From NCBI GenBank assembly GCA_038230375.1, contig JBBRNJ010000005.1, positions 1 to 64,000 on the forward strand: 64,000 nt of DNA. Reading direction: 5' to 3'. How positions within the stretch are numbered: position 1 is the first letter of the stretch; each line of letters opens with the position of its first letter. The stretch comes from Polyangiales bacterium (GTDB taxonomy: Bacteria; Myxococcota_A; Polyangia; Polyangiales; Polyangiaceae). The notes beneath the pieces are model-generated. The model did no database searches, had not been told where the DNA came from, and worked only from the letters and a program-made list of their open reading frames with translations. Shown one piece after another: positions 30,043 through 38,753 of the stretch. The position numbers and the translations under genes are program-made.

Positions 30043-32229
30043 TCAAAACTCTTCTTCCGGCGGCGGCGGCGGCCTGGTGATGAGGAAGTCTCCAGTGCGC
30101 AGCATGTTCGGGTGCGACAGGATGCTGGCGAACAGCTCGTCCAGGAGCTCCTTGGCGATGTCGGGGTACTTGTCCTTCACATCGTGCTCCTCCGTCGGAT
30201 CAAGGACCTCGTTGTAGAGGTGAATGCCAACGCCGTCCTTGCTCGGCTCGTAGGACAGCTTCCACGGCGGCCTGAGCGCTGCGCGGTGCTTCGCGGCACG
30301 GATGACGGGCAGGAACTTGTCGTCGATGACGATGCGGTTCTTCTCGAGCTTGGCGATGCCCGTGATGGGCGGGTATTCGATGCGATCCTTCGGGACCGCG
30401 CTCGTTGTCCAGAGCCACTCTCCGGTCTCTGCGAGGAAGATGCGCGTGGGCGGCTTCATGGGTGTGCCCGCAGTCGTCATGAGCGGCAGCCCCTCCTGCA
30501 CCTCGATGGGCGTGAGGCCGAGCACCGAACGTAGCGTGGGCGACACGTCGAGCTGGGAGACGTAGCTCTCCTCCACGGACGGCTTCGCGAGAGGGTAACG
30601 GGCCTTCGGCAGCACGAACGCAAGCGGCACCTCGAGCGAGAACATGCCGCGGAGGTTGTCGCCGTGACCCACGCACGTGGGGCAGTCGTAGAGGCCTTCA
30701 CCGTGGTCAGCGGTGAGGACGATGATGGTGTCGTCCATCTTGTGGCGCTGCGTGAGGCGCTCCAGCAGGCGGCCGATCTCTGCGTCGCTCTCGGCCAGCG
30801 CTGCGCGATAGAGCCCATCGAGCTGCGCCTTGTCTTCCTTCGTGGTGACGGGCGTCTCGTTCGTTGCGTCACGTCCGAATGCGATCTGCGGGGACGAGCC
30901 CGACACGCGGTACCGGTTGTAATACGGGCTGCTCGACGTGTACGGGAAGTGTGGCTGCGAGTAGAACATCAGCGCGAAGAACGGCCGCTGGTTGTCGCGC
31001 CCGTTCGCGATCTGGTCGGCGTCGAGCGTGGCAATGAGGTCGTCCGCGAGCACCTTGGACTGCGCGAAGTTGGGCATGCCGCGGATGAGCGGGGCAAGCG
31101 GCGCACCCAGCAGCTTCCGCTCCTGCTGGCCGATCGAGTACCACATGCCTGCCTGCGCCAGGACCAGCGGCGCGCGCGCGAGCAGCGTCTGCCCGCTGAT
31201 CTCCGCGAGCTCCACGCGCGGCACGCACAGCATCTGGAAGCCGGCGTCCACGCGGCCGAAGAACTCGCCCGCGTACTCCGAGTAGACGCCCGTGCGATAG
31301 CCGCGCGACGCGAGCTCTGCAGGCAGCGCGAGCTTCGAGAGATTGCCGGACGCCTGCGACGGGAACATGGTCTCCACGCCGTTCGACAGCGGCGACATGC
31401 CCGTGAGCTCCGCGCTCCACGATGGGCCAGTCCGAGGCACGGTGACCAGCGCATGCGGGAAGTACACCGCGCTGTCCACGAGCTTCTTGATGTTGGGCGT
31501 GTTCTCCGCGTCGATGTGATCCGGCCGCAGCGAGTCCACCGCGATGAAGAGGATGCTCGGGGGCGACTTTCCTCCGGCCTTTGCGAGCGGGGTCGTGAGC
31601 TCGGGCGGCCCCTTCGGATATCCGGTGGGCACGCGCGGTGTGGACCTTGCCCAGCTCACGCCAAAACCCCAACCGCCGAGCGACGCGGCGATCACGACGC
31701 CGAGGATGCCGCGATGCTTCCACGTGCCGCGCCACAGCGACGCGAGGATGCCGATGACCCCGAGCACGAGCATCAACGGAGCGAGCACGTACGAGAGCTG
31801 CACCCAGAGCACGTACCGCGCGCCGCCGCTCAGCGTGGACAGGAAGAGGCCCGGATGCAGGTTCGCCACGAAGCCCCAGTAGGCCGCGGCAAAGAGCAGC
31901 GCGAGCCCGAGCGCTGTGGCCCACCCGGCGCGCGCGCCCTGGTCCCTCTTCATCCGTATGCGCAGTCCGAGCAGAAGCCCGAGCACCACGCCGAAGAACA
32001 GGAGCCACAGCGTACCGGCCACGCCGAGCATCGCGAGCCCCACGCGCGATAGGTACGGCGCGTAGCGGTTCACCGCCTCTGTCTGGACCGCGTCGTCGCT
32101 CGCGCCGACGAACTGGGCGTCACCGAACGCCACCGACGTGAGCGTGGGTACCACGATCGACGCCAGCGTCGACCCTGCGGCGCGCACCGCGAGCGCCCAG
32201 CACACCTCCGGAGTGATCCGCTCGGTCAT
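30043..32229 (-). CDS. Membrane-anchored sulfatase / alkaline-phosphatase-superfamily protein
   Basis: N-terminal TMs, VDSLRPD, RTGPS, PHFPY, TADHGE..GHG. Confidence 0.85.
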   Translation of the reverse strand: MTERITPEVCWALAVRAAGSTLASIVVPTLTSVAFGDAQFVGASDDAVQTEAVNRYAPYLSRVGLAMLGVAGTLWLLFFGVVLGLLLGLRIRMKRDQGARAGWATALGLALLFAAAYWGFVANLHPGLFLSTLSGGARYVLWVQLSYVLAPLMLVLGVIGILASLWRGTWKHRGILGVVIAASLGGWGFGVSWARSTPRVPTGYPKGPPELTTPLAKAGGKSPPSILFIAVDSLRPDHIDAENTPNIKKLVDSAVYFPHALVTVPRTGPSWSAELTGMSPLSNGVETMFPSQASGNLSKLALPAELASRGYRTGVYSEYAGEFFGRVDAGFQMLCVPRVELAEISGQTLLARAPLVLAQAGMWYSIGQQERKLLGAPLAPLIRGMPNFAQSKVLADDLIATLDADQIANGRDNQRPFFALMFYSQPHFPYTSSSPYYNRYRVSGSSPQIAFGRDATNETPVTTKEDKAQLDGLYRAALAESDAEIGRLLERLTQRHKMDDTIIVLTADHGEGLYDCPTCVGHGDNLRGMFSLEVPLAFVLPKARYPLAKPSVEESYVSQLDVSPTLRSVLGLTPIEVQEGLPLMTTAGTPMKPPTRIFLAETGEWLWTTSAVPKDRIEYPPITGIAKLEKNRIVIDDKFLPVIRAAKHRAALRPPWKLSYEPSKDGVGIHLYNEVLDPTEEHDVKDKYPDIAKELLDELFASILSHPNMLRTGDFLITRPPPPPEEEF

Positions 32230-32235
32230 CGATTG

Positions 32236-32832
32236 TTACCTGAGCTTCGTCACGTACCAGGAGCCGCGGTAGGCGGTCATCTCGCTTATCTCGATCGTGT
32301 GCGTCTTGCCGTCCGCCATGAACGTGAGCCTGGAGTGCTTCACGCGCCACGCCGGCTTCTTCAGGTCGCTCTTCCGGGCCTTCGCGAGCTCCACGCCTGG
32401 GCCGATCGCGAACGACGAGAACGTGGGCGCGCCGCCCTTCAGGCGCTTGTGGAGCCGATGAACGGTGCGCTTGAACGCGCCATCCACCTTCTTGTCCCAG
32501 AGCTTGGCCGGGTCCTTCGCGTCCTTCAGCTCCTTGTAGGCGTCGCGTGGGTAGAGGAGATCCTTCGCCAGGTCCGGATTGTCCTGCGCGATGGCCTCCA
32601 CGAGGTGCTTCATGCGCGTGCCGAGCTCCTCGCTCGAGGCGGGAGGCTGGAGATCGTCGGCGCTGCCGCCATCGGGGCCAAGGGCGCCGCCCTCTGCCGA
32701 GCCGCCTTCCGACGACCCCGCCTCCATGCTGCCATCAGCGCTGTCGCCCACGGTCTTTGGCGTGCACGACGCGAGCGCGAGCAGGAGTATGGGCGTCAAC
32801 ATGAGCACGGTCGAGAGGCGCGCCATCCCCAT
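32236..32832 (-). CDS. Hypothetical lipoprotein
   Basis: Lipobox LASC; in line with flanking minus-strand genes. Confidence 0.7.
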   Translation of the reverse strand: MGMARLSTVLMLTPILLLALASCTPKTVGDSADGSMEAGSSEGGSAEGGALGPDGGSADDLQPPASSEELGTRMKHLVEAIAQDNPDLAKDLLYPRDAYKELKDAKDPAKLWDKKVDGAFKRTVHRLHKRLKGGAPTFSSFAIGPGVELAKARKSDLKKPAWRVKHSRLTFMADGKTHTIEISEMTAYRGSWYVTKLR

Positions 32833-32837
32833 ATGCC

Positions 32838-34055
32838 TCACGCGAAGTTCGGCAGCGTCACCAGGTCTACGTGCAGCACTTCCTCGAACGCGCGGATCTC
32901 CGTGAGGCAGGCCTCGCTCGGTCGTGAGATGACGCGGAGCTTCGCGCAGGCGGCCGTCCCGCCCTCGAACACGGTGTTGGTGACCTCCTCGACATTGATG
33001 CCGTGGCGCTTGATGACCGCGAGCACGTTCGCGAACGTGCCGACCTTGTCCAGCATGCGGATGACCAGGTGGAAGCGCGCGGCCGAGCCGTTCAGCACGT
33101 TCACGACGTTGGGCACTGTGCCCTCGCGCAGGAACGAGCGGATGACCCGCACGCACTCCGTGGCAATGGCGAGCTGCGCTTGATCCGTGGATGCGGCGAT
33201 GTGCGGCGTTCCGTAGACGAAGCCGCCACCATCCGGCCGCTCGAAGAGCTCGGACTTGAACTCCTTGCCGCTCTTCGGCTCGCTCGGGTAGACGTCCACC
33301 GCGGCGCGCAGGCCGCGCGTCTTCACGGCCTCCTTGAGGGCGTCGTAGTCGACCAGGCCTTCGCGCGCGAGGTTCAGGAACATGGCGCGCTTCGGCAGGA
33401 GCTCGAAGATGCGCGCGTTGATGATCTTCTTCGTGCGCTCCGTGAGCGCCAGGTGGACGGTCAGGATGTCCGACTTCTGCGCGAGCTCCTCGATGGAGGC
33501 GCAGTAGCCAACGCCCAGGTCCTGGGCGCGTGCCGGTGTGAGGCCGCGGCTCCACGCGATGGGGTGCAGACCGAACGCGCGCGCACGTGCGGCGACGTCC
33601 TTGCCGATGGCGCCCATGCCGGCGATGCCGATGGTGCGACCCTGCAGCCCCTCTGCGCGACCGTACTCGGCGCGCTCCCAGCGACCCGCGCGCAGCGAGG
33701 CGACCGCGTCGGGCAGGCGGCGATCGAGCGAGACGAGCATGCCGAGCACGAGCTCCCCGACGGCGGACGCGTTCTTGCCAGGGCAGTTCGCGACGTAGAT
33801 GCCGCGGCGGCTGGCTTCCTTCCCGTCGATCGTGTGGTGCTCGGCGCCAGCGCGCACGATGAGGTTCAGCTCCTTCGCGTTCTCGAGCGCCTCGGCCGAG
33901 ACCTCCGTGGAACGGACGACCAGGATGCCAGCGGTGGCGATGCGTGTCGCCAGGGTCTCGCGCGTGAGCTCGGGCTCGTACACGACCTCGAGTGACAGCG
34001 CGCGCAGCTCCTCGATGGCGCGCGGATGAAGCTTGTCGGCGATGAGAAGACGCAT
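32838..34055 (-). CDS. D-2-hydroxyacid / phosphoglycerate dehydrogenase-like protein with ACT domain
   Basis: VVRS, RAG, GMGAIG, N.AR, DVY..EP, TPHIAAST and a C-terminal ACT domain. Confidence 0.9.
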   Translation of the reverse strand: MRLLIADKLHPRAIEELRALSLEVVYEPELTRETLATRIATAGILVVRSTEVSAEALENAKELNLIVRAGAEHHTIDGKEASRRGIYVANCPGKNASAVGELVLGMLVSLDRRLPDAVASLRAGRWERAEYGRAEGLQGRTIGIAGMGAIGKDVAARARAFGLHPIAWSRGLTPARAQDLGVGYCASIEELAQKSDILTVHLALTERTKKIINARIFELLPKRAMFLNLAREGLVDYDALKEAVKTRGLRAAVDVYPSEPKSGKEFKSELFERPDGGGFVYGTPHIAASTDQAQLAIATECVRVIRSFLREGTVPNVVNVLNGSAARFHLVIRMLDKVGTFANVLAVIKRHGINVEEVTNTVFEGGTAACAKLRVISRPSEACLTEIRAFEEVLHVDLVTLPNFA

Positions 34056-34067
34056 GCGCCCGAAGTA

Positions 34068-34619
34068 CTACTTTTTAGGGGAAATGTCGCGTGGTTTTGG
34101 GACAAATCGCGCGTGATTCAGGAGCATGGATTCCGTCTCTTGCCCTGGCTCGGTCGCCGGCCGCAGGAAGCGCGCGAGGCTGGTCTGGGCGTGGCGCGTG
34201 AACTTCGCCTCGAACGGCCCACCGGGCAGAGCCGCCTTCACACATGTGTAGAGCGCGCCATCCGCGCCGACCGTCACACGCGCGGGATCGAGCTGCTCCT
34301 CCGTACCGTCCGAGAGCACCAGCGTGACGGGAGTCTCATCACCAATCTCCACGTCGTCTCTGGGGAGCAGGTGACGCACGAAGAACGGCGCGTCCTCGAC
34401 CGTGAGGTACGTCCAGTCGTAGCCGTTGGTGAGGATGTATCGCCCGTCGTCAGGATGGCGCGACACCCACGTGTGCATCGCCTGTTCGAGCTTCCGATGC
34501 TCCACCACCGCTCCCTCGTGCTCGAAGTGCCCATCCGCCTTGAGCACGATGGTGCTCTCCCGCGAACGCCCCTCGGGAGCGGGAAACCGGAAGAACTCGG
34601 GGTCGTCACCGGGCTTCAA
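34068..34619 (-). CDS. Hypothetical protein (DUF1285-like)
   Basis: DG.F.HEG, VEDAPFFV, DGALY; RBS AGGAGG before a TTG start. Confidence 0.65.
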   Translation of the reverse strand: MKPGDDPEFFRFPAPEGRSRESTIVLKADGHFEHEGAVVEHRKLEQAMHTWVSRHPDDGRYILTNGYDWTYLTVEDAPFFVRHLLPRDDVEIGDETPVTLVLSDGTEEQLDPARVTVGADGALYTCVKAALPGGPFEAKFTRHAQTSLARFLRPATEPGQETESMLLNHARFVPKPRDISPKK

Positions 34620-34677
34620 GACCTCCTGAGGATAGCAGTGCGCGCGCGCTCACGTACGGTCGGCCTCACGAACTGGG

Positions 34678-35340
34678 TCAGGGCCACGGGCAGACCGTGA
34701 ACGGTACGTCGCCGAGCACGGAGCCGGCCTCTGCGGTCAGCGCCGAGAGGGCGACCGTGAGCGTGCCTTCCGTCCGTGTCGCCGCGGCGAACCGGACCTC
34801 CCCGTAGCCGAGCGAGTTCGTCTGCGCTCCCGCCACGACGAAGGTCGTGGTCTGGACATAATCCTGGCGCGGATCGGGTGGACCCTCGCGGTCGACCTTC
34901 CACGTGCTGCCGCGCGCGACCGGCCACGTCCCTTGCATCTCGAGCTCGAGGCGGCGCTCGCCGGGCATCATGCGCAGCTCGCGTCTTCGTGGATCGTCGC
35001 CAAGGTCCGCGCACGAGACGGCCCTCTCGTAGATGTGCAAGCTGGAGACGTGGATGTCGAAGCCGTCCGTGTCGGTCGAGCACGAGCCCGTGCCCGTGAG
35101 CTTCGACGAGCACGCGCGCATCGGCCGATTCACGTACACCATCAGCGCAGAAACGGCCGTGAAGGGCCGGCCCGCCACGGTGCCCCGAAGGGTCGGCGCG
35201 ACCCTGGGCTTCTTCGCGGTGACCGGCGCCTGTTCGACCGGCGTGGTGTTGGCGTCCGGGTGGGCTGCGGCGGCCTCCGCACCGCAACCGGCGACAACGA
35301 TGAGCAAGGCACAGGGGATGAGGGCGCTTCTCATCCCCAT
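34678..35340 (-). CDS. Hypothetical lipoprotein
   Basis: Lipobox VAGC. Confidence 0.65.
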   Translation of the reverse strand: MGMRSALIPCALLIVVAGCGAEAAAAHPDANTTPVEQAPVTAKKPRVAPTLRGTVAGRPFTAVSALMVYVNRPMRACSSKLTGTGSCSTDTDGFDIHVSSLHIYERAVSCADLGDDPRRRELRMMPGERRLELEMQGTWPVARGSTWKVDREGPPDPRQDYVQTTTFVVAGAQTNSLGYGEVRFAAATRTEGTLTVALSALTAEAGSVLGDVPFTVCPWP

Positions 35341-35466
35341 TGGACGTGGTGGCGCCGGGGTTCATTCTAGTGGCACGCCGAAGCCTCTCGGACGGCACGT
35401 GGGACAGCGAAATGGCCTCGAATTCCCCCGCGCCCGAACTATTTTTGGTCGTCGCCTTGCCGATGC

Positions 35467-35483
35467 GTATACATGGTGTATAC
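35467..35483. promoter_or_regulatory. Palindromic operator GTATACA-N3-TGTATAC (TetR candidate)
   Basis: Perfect 7-bp arms just before the SDR start; a related site lies at 37076-37091. Confidence 0.65.
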
Positions 35484-35491
35484 CGCTTCTC

Positions 35492-36406
35492 ATGAGCAAC
35501 TCGCTGAACGTCCTCGTCACTGGCGCCACGGCCGGCATCGGCCGCTTCCTCTCCCTCGACCTCGCCAAGCGCGGTCATCGCGTGTTCGCCACCGGGCGTC
35601 GCGCCGATGCGCTCGAGTCGCTCCGCGAAGAGGCGGAGAAGCTCGGCCTCTCTATCGTCCCCGTCGTCCTCGACGTCACGAACGAGGCCACCATCGAGGC
35701 CGCCGCGAAGAGCGTGCACGAGACCTGTGGCGGCGCGCTCGACGTGCTCATCAACAACGCCGGCTACGGCCAGGCAGGCCCCCTGGCAGAGATGTCGGAC
35801 GAGACGCTCCGCAAGCAGTTCGACACGAACGTGTTCGGTGTCATGTCCGTCACGCGCGCGTTCCTGCCGCTGATGATGGCAAAGGGCGCTGGCACCGTCA
35901 TCAACGTCAGCAGCACCGGCGGTCTGCTGACCGCGCCGATGATGGGCGCGTACCACGCTTCCAAGTACGCGCTCGAGGCCATGTCCGACGCGCTCCGCAT
36001 GGAGCTCGCGCCGTTCGGCGTTCGCGTCGTTGTCATAGAGCCCGGGCCGATCAAGTCGGAGTTCACGGGCCGCACGCTCGCGGGTATCGCAGGCGGGGAA
36101 GGGACCTCGGCGTACGCCGCTGTCATCGCGAAGAGCGACGAGCTCGGCGCGCGCATGATGAAGATGTCGGCGGGTCCCGAGCACGTCGCGAAGGCGGTCC
36201 GCAAGGCGATCTTCTCGCGCTGGCCCCGCGCGCGTTACATCGCGCCGAGCTGGCATGCGCTTCCGTTCATGCTGCTTCCGTTCGTGCCGCAGCGCCTGAT
36301 CGACTTCGTGTTCAAGTCGCTCCTCGGCCTGAACAAGCGCCTCCCCGCGTCCAAGACCGAAGCAGCGCCCGTCAGCGGCAAGGTCCAGGTCGCGCGCGCC
36401 GCCTGA
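35492..36406 (+). CDS. Short-chain dehydrogenase/reductase
   Basis: TGATAGIG, NNAG, YHASK. Confidence 0.93.
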   Translation: MSNSLNVLVTGATAGIGRFLSLDLAKRGHRVFATGRRADALESLREEAEKLGLSIVPVVLDVTNEATIEAAAKSVHETCGGALDVLINNAGYGQAGPLAEMSDETLRKQFDTNVFGVMSVTRAFLPLMMAKGAGTVINVSSTGGLLTAPMMGAYHASKYALEAMSDALRMELAPFGVRVVVIEPGPIKSEFTGRTLAGIAGGEGTSAYAAVIAKSDELGARMMKMSAGPEHVAKAVRKAIFSRWPRARYIAPSWHALPFMLLPFVPQRLIDFVFKSLLGLNKRLPASKTEAAPVSGKVQVARAA

Positions 36407-36421
36407 GGCGGCACGTCTGAC

Positions 36422-37033
36422 TCATCGAGCCGTAAGGAGCAGGTCGAGGAGCTCGTGCATCACCTTCTTCGCACGAGCGACCTTCTCCGGCGTGGCGGGC
36501 GCACCGCCGACGACGCCGCTTCCCGCGCCGAGCACCTCGAGCGAGATGCCTTCGAGCGCGGAGAGGATGGCGACGTAGAGCATGGGGTCGTTCCGCTTCT
36601 TGGTGGTCTTGTGGACCGCGTCGTCGATGATGCGGATCAGGTCCTCGCGGAAGCGACGGCGATGTGGCGCGAGCGGCGAATCGGACCGGACGGCCTGCTC
36701 GACGAGGACGCGGACGAGAGCGGCGTTCTCGACGTGGTAGTCCAGGTAGACGTCGAGCGCGTGCCTCACCGACGCGAGCGGATCCTTGTCGTCCTCGGCG
36801 GCGTTCCGCACCGCGCGGAGCAGCTCGGTCGTGGCGAGCTCGTAGATGGAAGCAAGCACGTCTTCCTTGCTGGAGAAGTACTTGTAGAACGTGCGGCGCG
36901 CGATCTTCGCCGCCTCGAGGATGTCCTCCACGCGGGCCTCGGTGAAGCCCTTCTTCGCGAAGACCAGGACGCCCGCGGCAAGGACGCCACCCTGGGTCAG
37001 CCGGGTCGCAAGGGAGGGGGCTGTGGTGCTCAT
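36422..37033 (-). CDS. TetR/AcrR family regulator
   Basis: FAKKGF..RVEDI..A.I.RRTFYKYF.SKEDVL. Confidence 0.92.
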   Translation of the reverse strand: MSTTAPSLATRLTQGGVLAAGVLVFAKKGFTEARVEDILEAAKIARRTFYKYFSSKEDVLASIYELATTELLRAVRNAAEDDKDPLASVRHALDVYLDYHVENAALVRVLVEQAVRSDSPLAPHRRRFREDLIRIIDDAVHKTTKKRNDPMLYVAILSALEGISLEVLGAGSGVVGGAPATPEKVARAKKVMHELLDLLLTAR

Positions 37034-37075
37034 GTCCCCATCATCATCCTCCCCGCGTCTTCGCGCAATCGGATC

Positions 37076-37091
37076 CATACATGACGTATAC
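37076..37091. promoter_or_regulatory. Second candidate TetR operator
   Basis: CATACATGACGTATAC resembles the 35467 site and lies between the divergent tetR and adc-like genes. Confidence 0.55.
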
Positions 37092-37851
37092 CTCTACTGC
37101 CTCGCCGCTCTCCCGCCTGCTCCGCATGGTGGCGCCCGAGGGCTACCTGTACGAGGACGCCCACTACCTGGCGTGCGAGGTGGACCTGGATCCGCGCGTC
37201 GCGCGCCGCTTCGTCCCGTTCCCCCTCACCATGGGCCGCGCGCCCACGGCCACGATCTTCACGGCGTTCTTCCCGAAGAACAGCTTCGGCTCGGTCTACC
37301 GCGAGGCCGGTGTGTTCTTCCACGTGCGGCACGGCTTCCGTCGCGTGATCTTCTGCCCGTGGATGATCGTGGACGACGACGTCGCGCTCATCACTGGACG
37401 CGAGCTGCTCGGCTATCCGAAGAAGCTCGGCGAGATCGACTGGTCCCTCGAGGCCCGCGCTTCCGGAGCCGAGGAGGGAGCCCGTATACACGGCGTGGCG
37501 TCTCGTCGCGGCGCGGAGCTCATCACCATGCGCGGCACCCTGGGCGCGAAGGTGGCGTCGGCGCCGCCGGTGCTCGGTCGTCCGCACCGCAACGTGCGCG
37601 GGCCGATGGGGCTCGCGGTGCCCAAGCTGCTCGCGTTCACGCCGCACGAGGTCCCGATCGAAGTGCGCGAGGCGAACATCACGCTCACGGTGGGCGGCTC
37701 CGAGCGCGACCCGCTCCACGAGATGGGGCTCGGCGCGGTCCGTCGCTCGCTCCTCCACCGGGTGAACCTGGGCGGGCGCACGCTGCCGTTGCCGCTCCAC
37801 GCGGTGTCCCCGCTCTGGCACATGAAGCAATGGCTGTTTCGCGCGCTCTAG
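37081..37851 (+). CDS. Acetoacetate decarboxylase family protein (start uncertain)
   Basis: YREAG, GRELLGYPKK (Schiff-base Lys motif). Confidence 0.85.
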   Translation: MTYTSTASPLSRLLRMVAPEGYLYEDAHYLACEVDLDPRVARRFVPFPLTMGRAPTATIFTAFFPKNSFGSVYREAGVFFHVRHGFRRVIFCPWMIVDDDVALITGRELLGYPKKLGEIDWSLEARASGAEEGARIHGVASRRGAELITMRGTLGAKVASAPPVLGRPHRNVRGPMGLAVPKLLAFTPHEVPIEVREANITLTVGGSERDPLHEMGLGAVRRSLLHRVNLGGRTLPLPLHAVSPLWHMKQWLFRAL

Positions 37852-37879
37852 GAACCAGAGTTTCAACAGGAGATCATCC

Positions 37880-38707
37880 ATGGGTACGAGGTCGGGATTC
37901 TACTTGGGCAAGCGCGTCGTCGTGACCGGCGCTGCATCGGGCATCGGCGAAGCAACAGCGCGTGAGCTCTGCATGCGCGGCGCGCGGCTCGTGCTCCTCG
38001 ACATCGACGCAGCGGGCCTCGCGCGTGTGGCCACAGCGATCGGAGATCTGGGCGGCGTCGTCGAGACACATGCGGTGGATCTGTCCAGCGAGGCGCAGGT
38101 CGTGGAAGCGGCCGCGGCGATCCTCGCGCGCGGTGACGTGGACGTGCTTGTGAACAACGCCGGTGTCGCGGTGGTGAAGCCGTTCGAGCGCACGTCCACG
38201 GTCGACTGGGAGTGGATCATGGGCGTCAACGTGCATGGCCCGCTGCGCCTCACGCGCGCGCTGCTCCCGCGCATGAAGGAGCGCGGCGTGGGGCACATCG
38301 TGGTCGTGGCCTCGCTCGCCGGGCTGATCGGCGCGCCTGGGATGGTGGCGTACAGCACGACCAAGTTTGCGATGGTGGGCTTCGCGGAGGCGCTGCGTCT
38401 GGAGCTCGCGCCGCACGGCATCGGCGTGACCACCGTGTGCCCTGGATACGTGCGCACGAACTTGCATCACGCCACGCGCTACGACAACCCGGGGTTCAAG
38501 CGCCTGCTGGACGAAGCGCCTGCGATCTATGGCATGAGCCGCGAGAGCGTCGCGCGCGCGCTCTGCAATGCGGTCGTGCGCAAGCGCCCGCTCATCGTCC
38601 TTGGTCCCGAGAAGATCGCGTTCTGGCTCAAGCGGTTCGTGCCGAGCGTTGGGTTCGCGCTATCGCGCCTGGTCGCGCGTCAGAGCGGCATCGCCGAGAG
38701 TCACTAG
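37880..38707 (+). CDS. Short-chain dehydrogenase/reductase
   Basis: TGAASGIG, NNAG, YSTTK. Confidence 0.93.
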   Translation: MGTRSGFYLGKRVVVTGAASGIGEATARELCMRGARLVLLDIDAAGLARVATAIGDLGGVVETHAVDLSSEAQVVEAAAAILARGDVDVLVNNAGVAVVKPFERTSTVDWEWIMGVNVHGPLRLTRALLPRMKERGVGHIVVVASLAGLIGAPGMVAYSTTKFAMVGFAEALRLELAPHGIGVTTVCPGYVRTNLHHATRYDNPGFKRLLDEAPAIYGMSRESVARALCNAVVRKRPLIVLGPEKIAFWLKRFVPSVGFALSRLVARQSGIAESH

Positions 38708-38753
38708 CGAGTGGTCGTGGTAGAAGGATTCCCCTGATCGACCAGGGGGAGAC

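Noticed and set aside
32838..34055. Assigning the symbol serA
   Set aside because: The family is clear, but substrate specificity cannot be established by eye.
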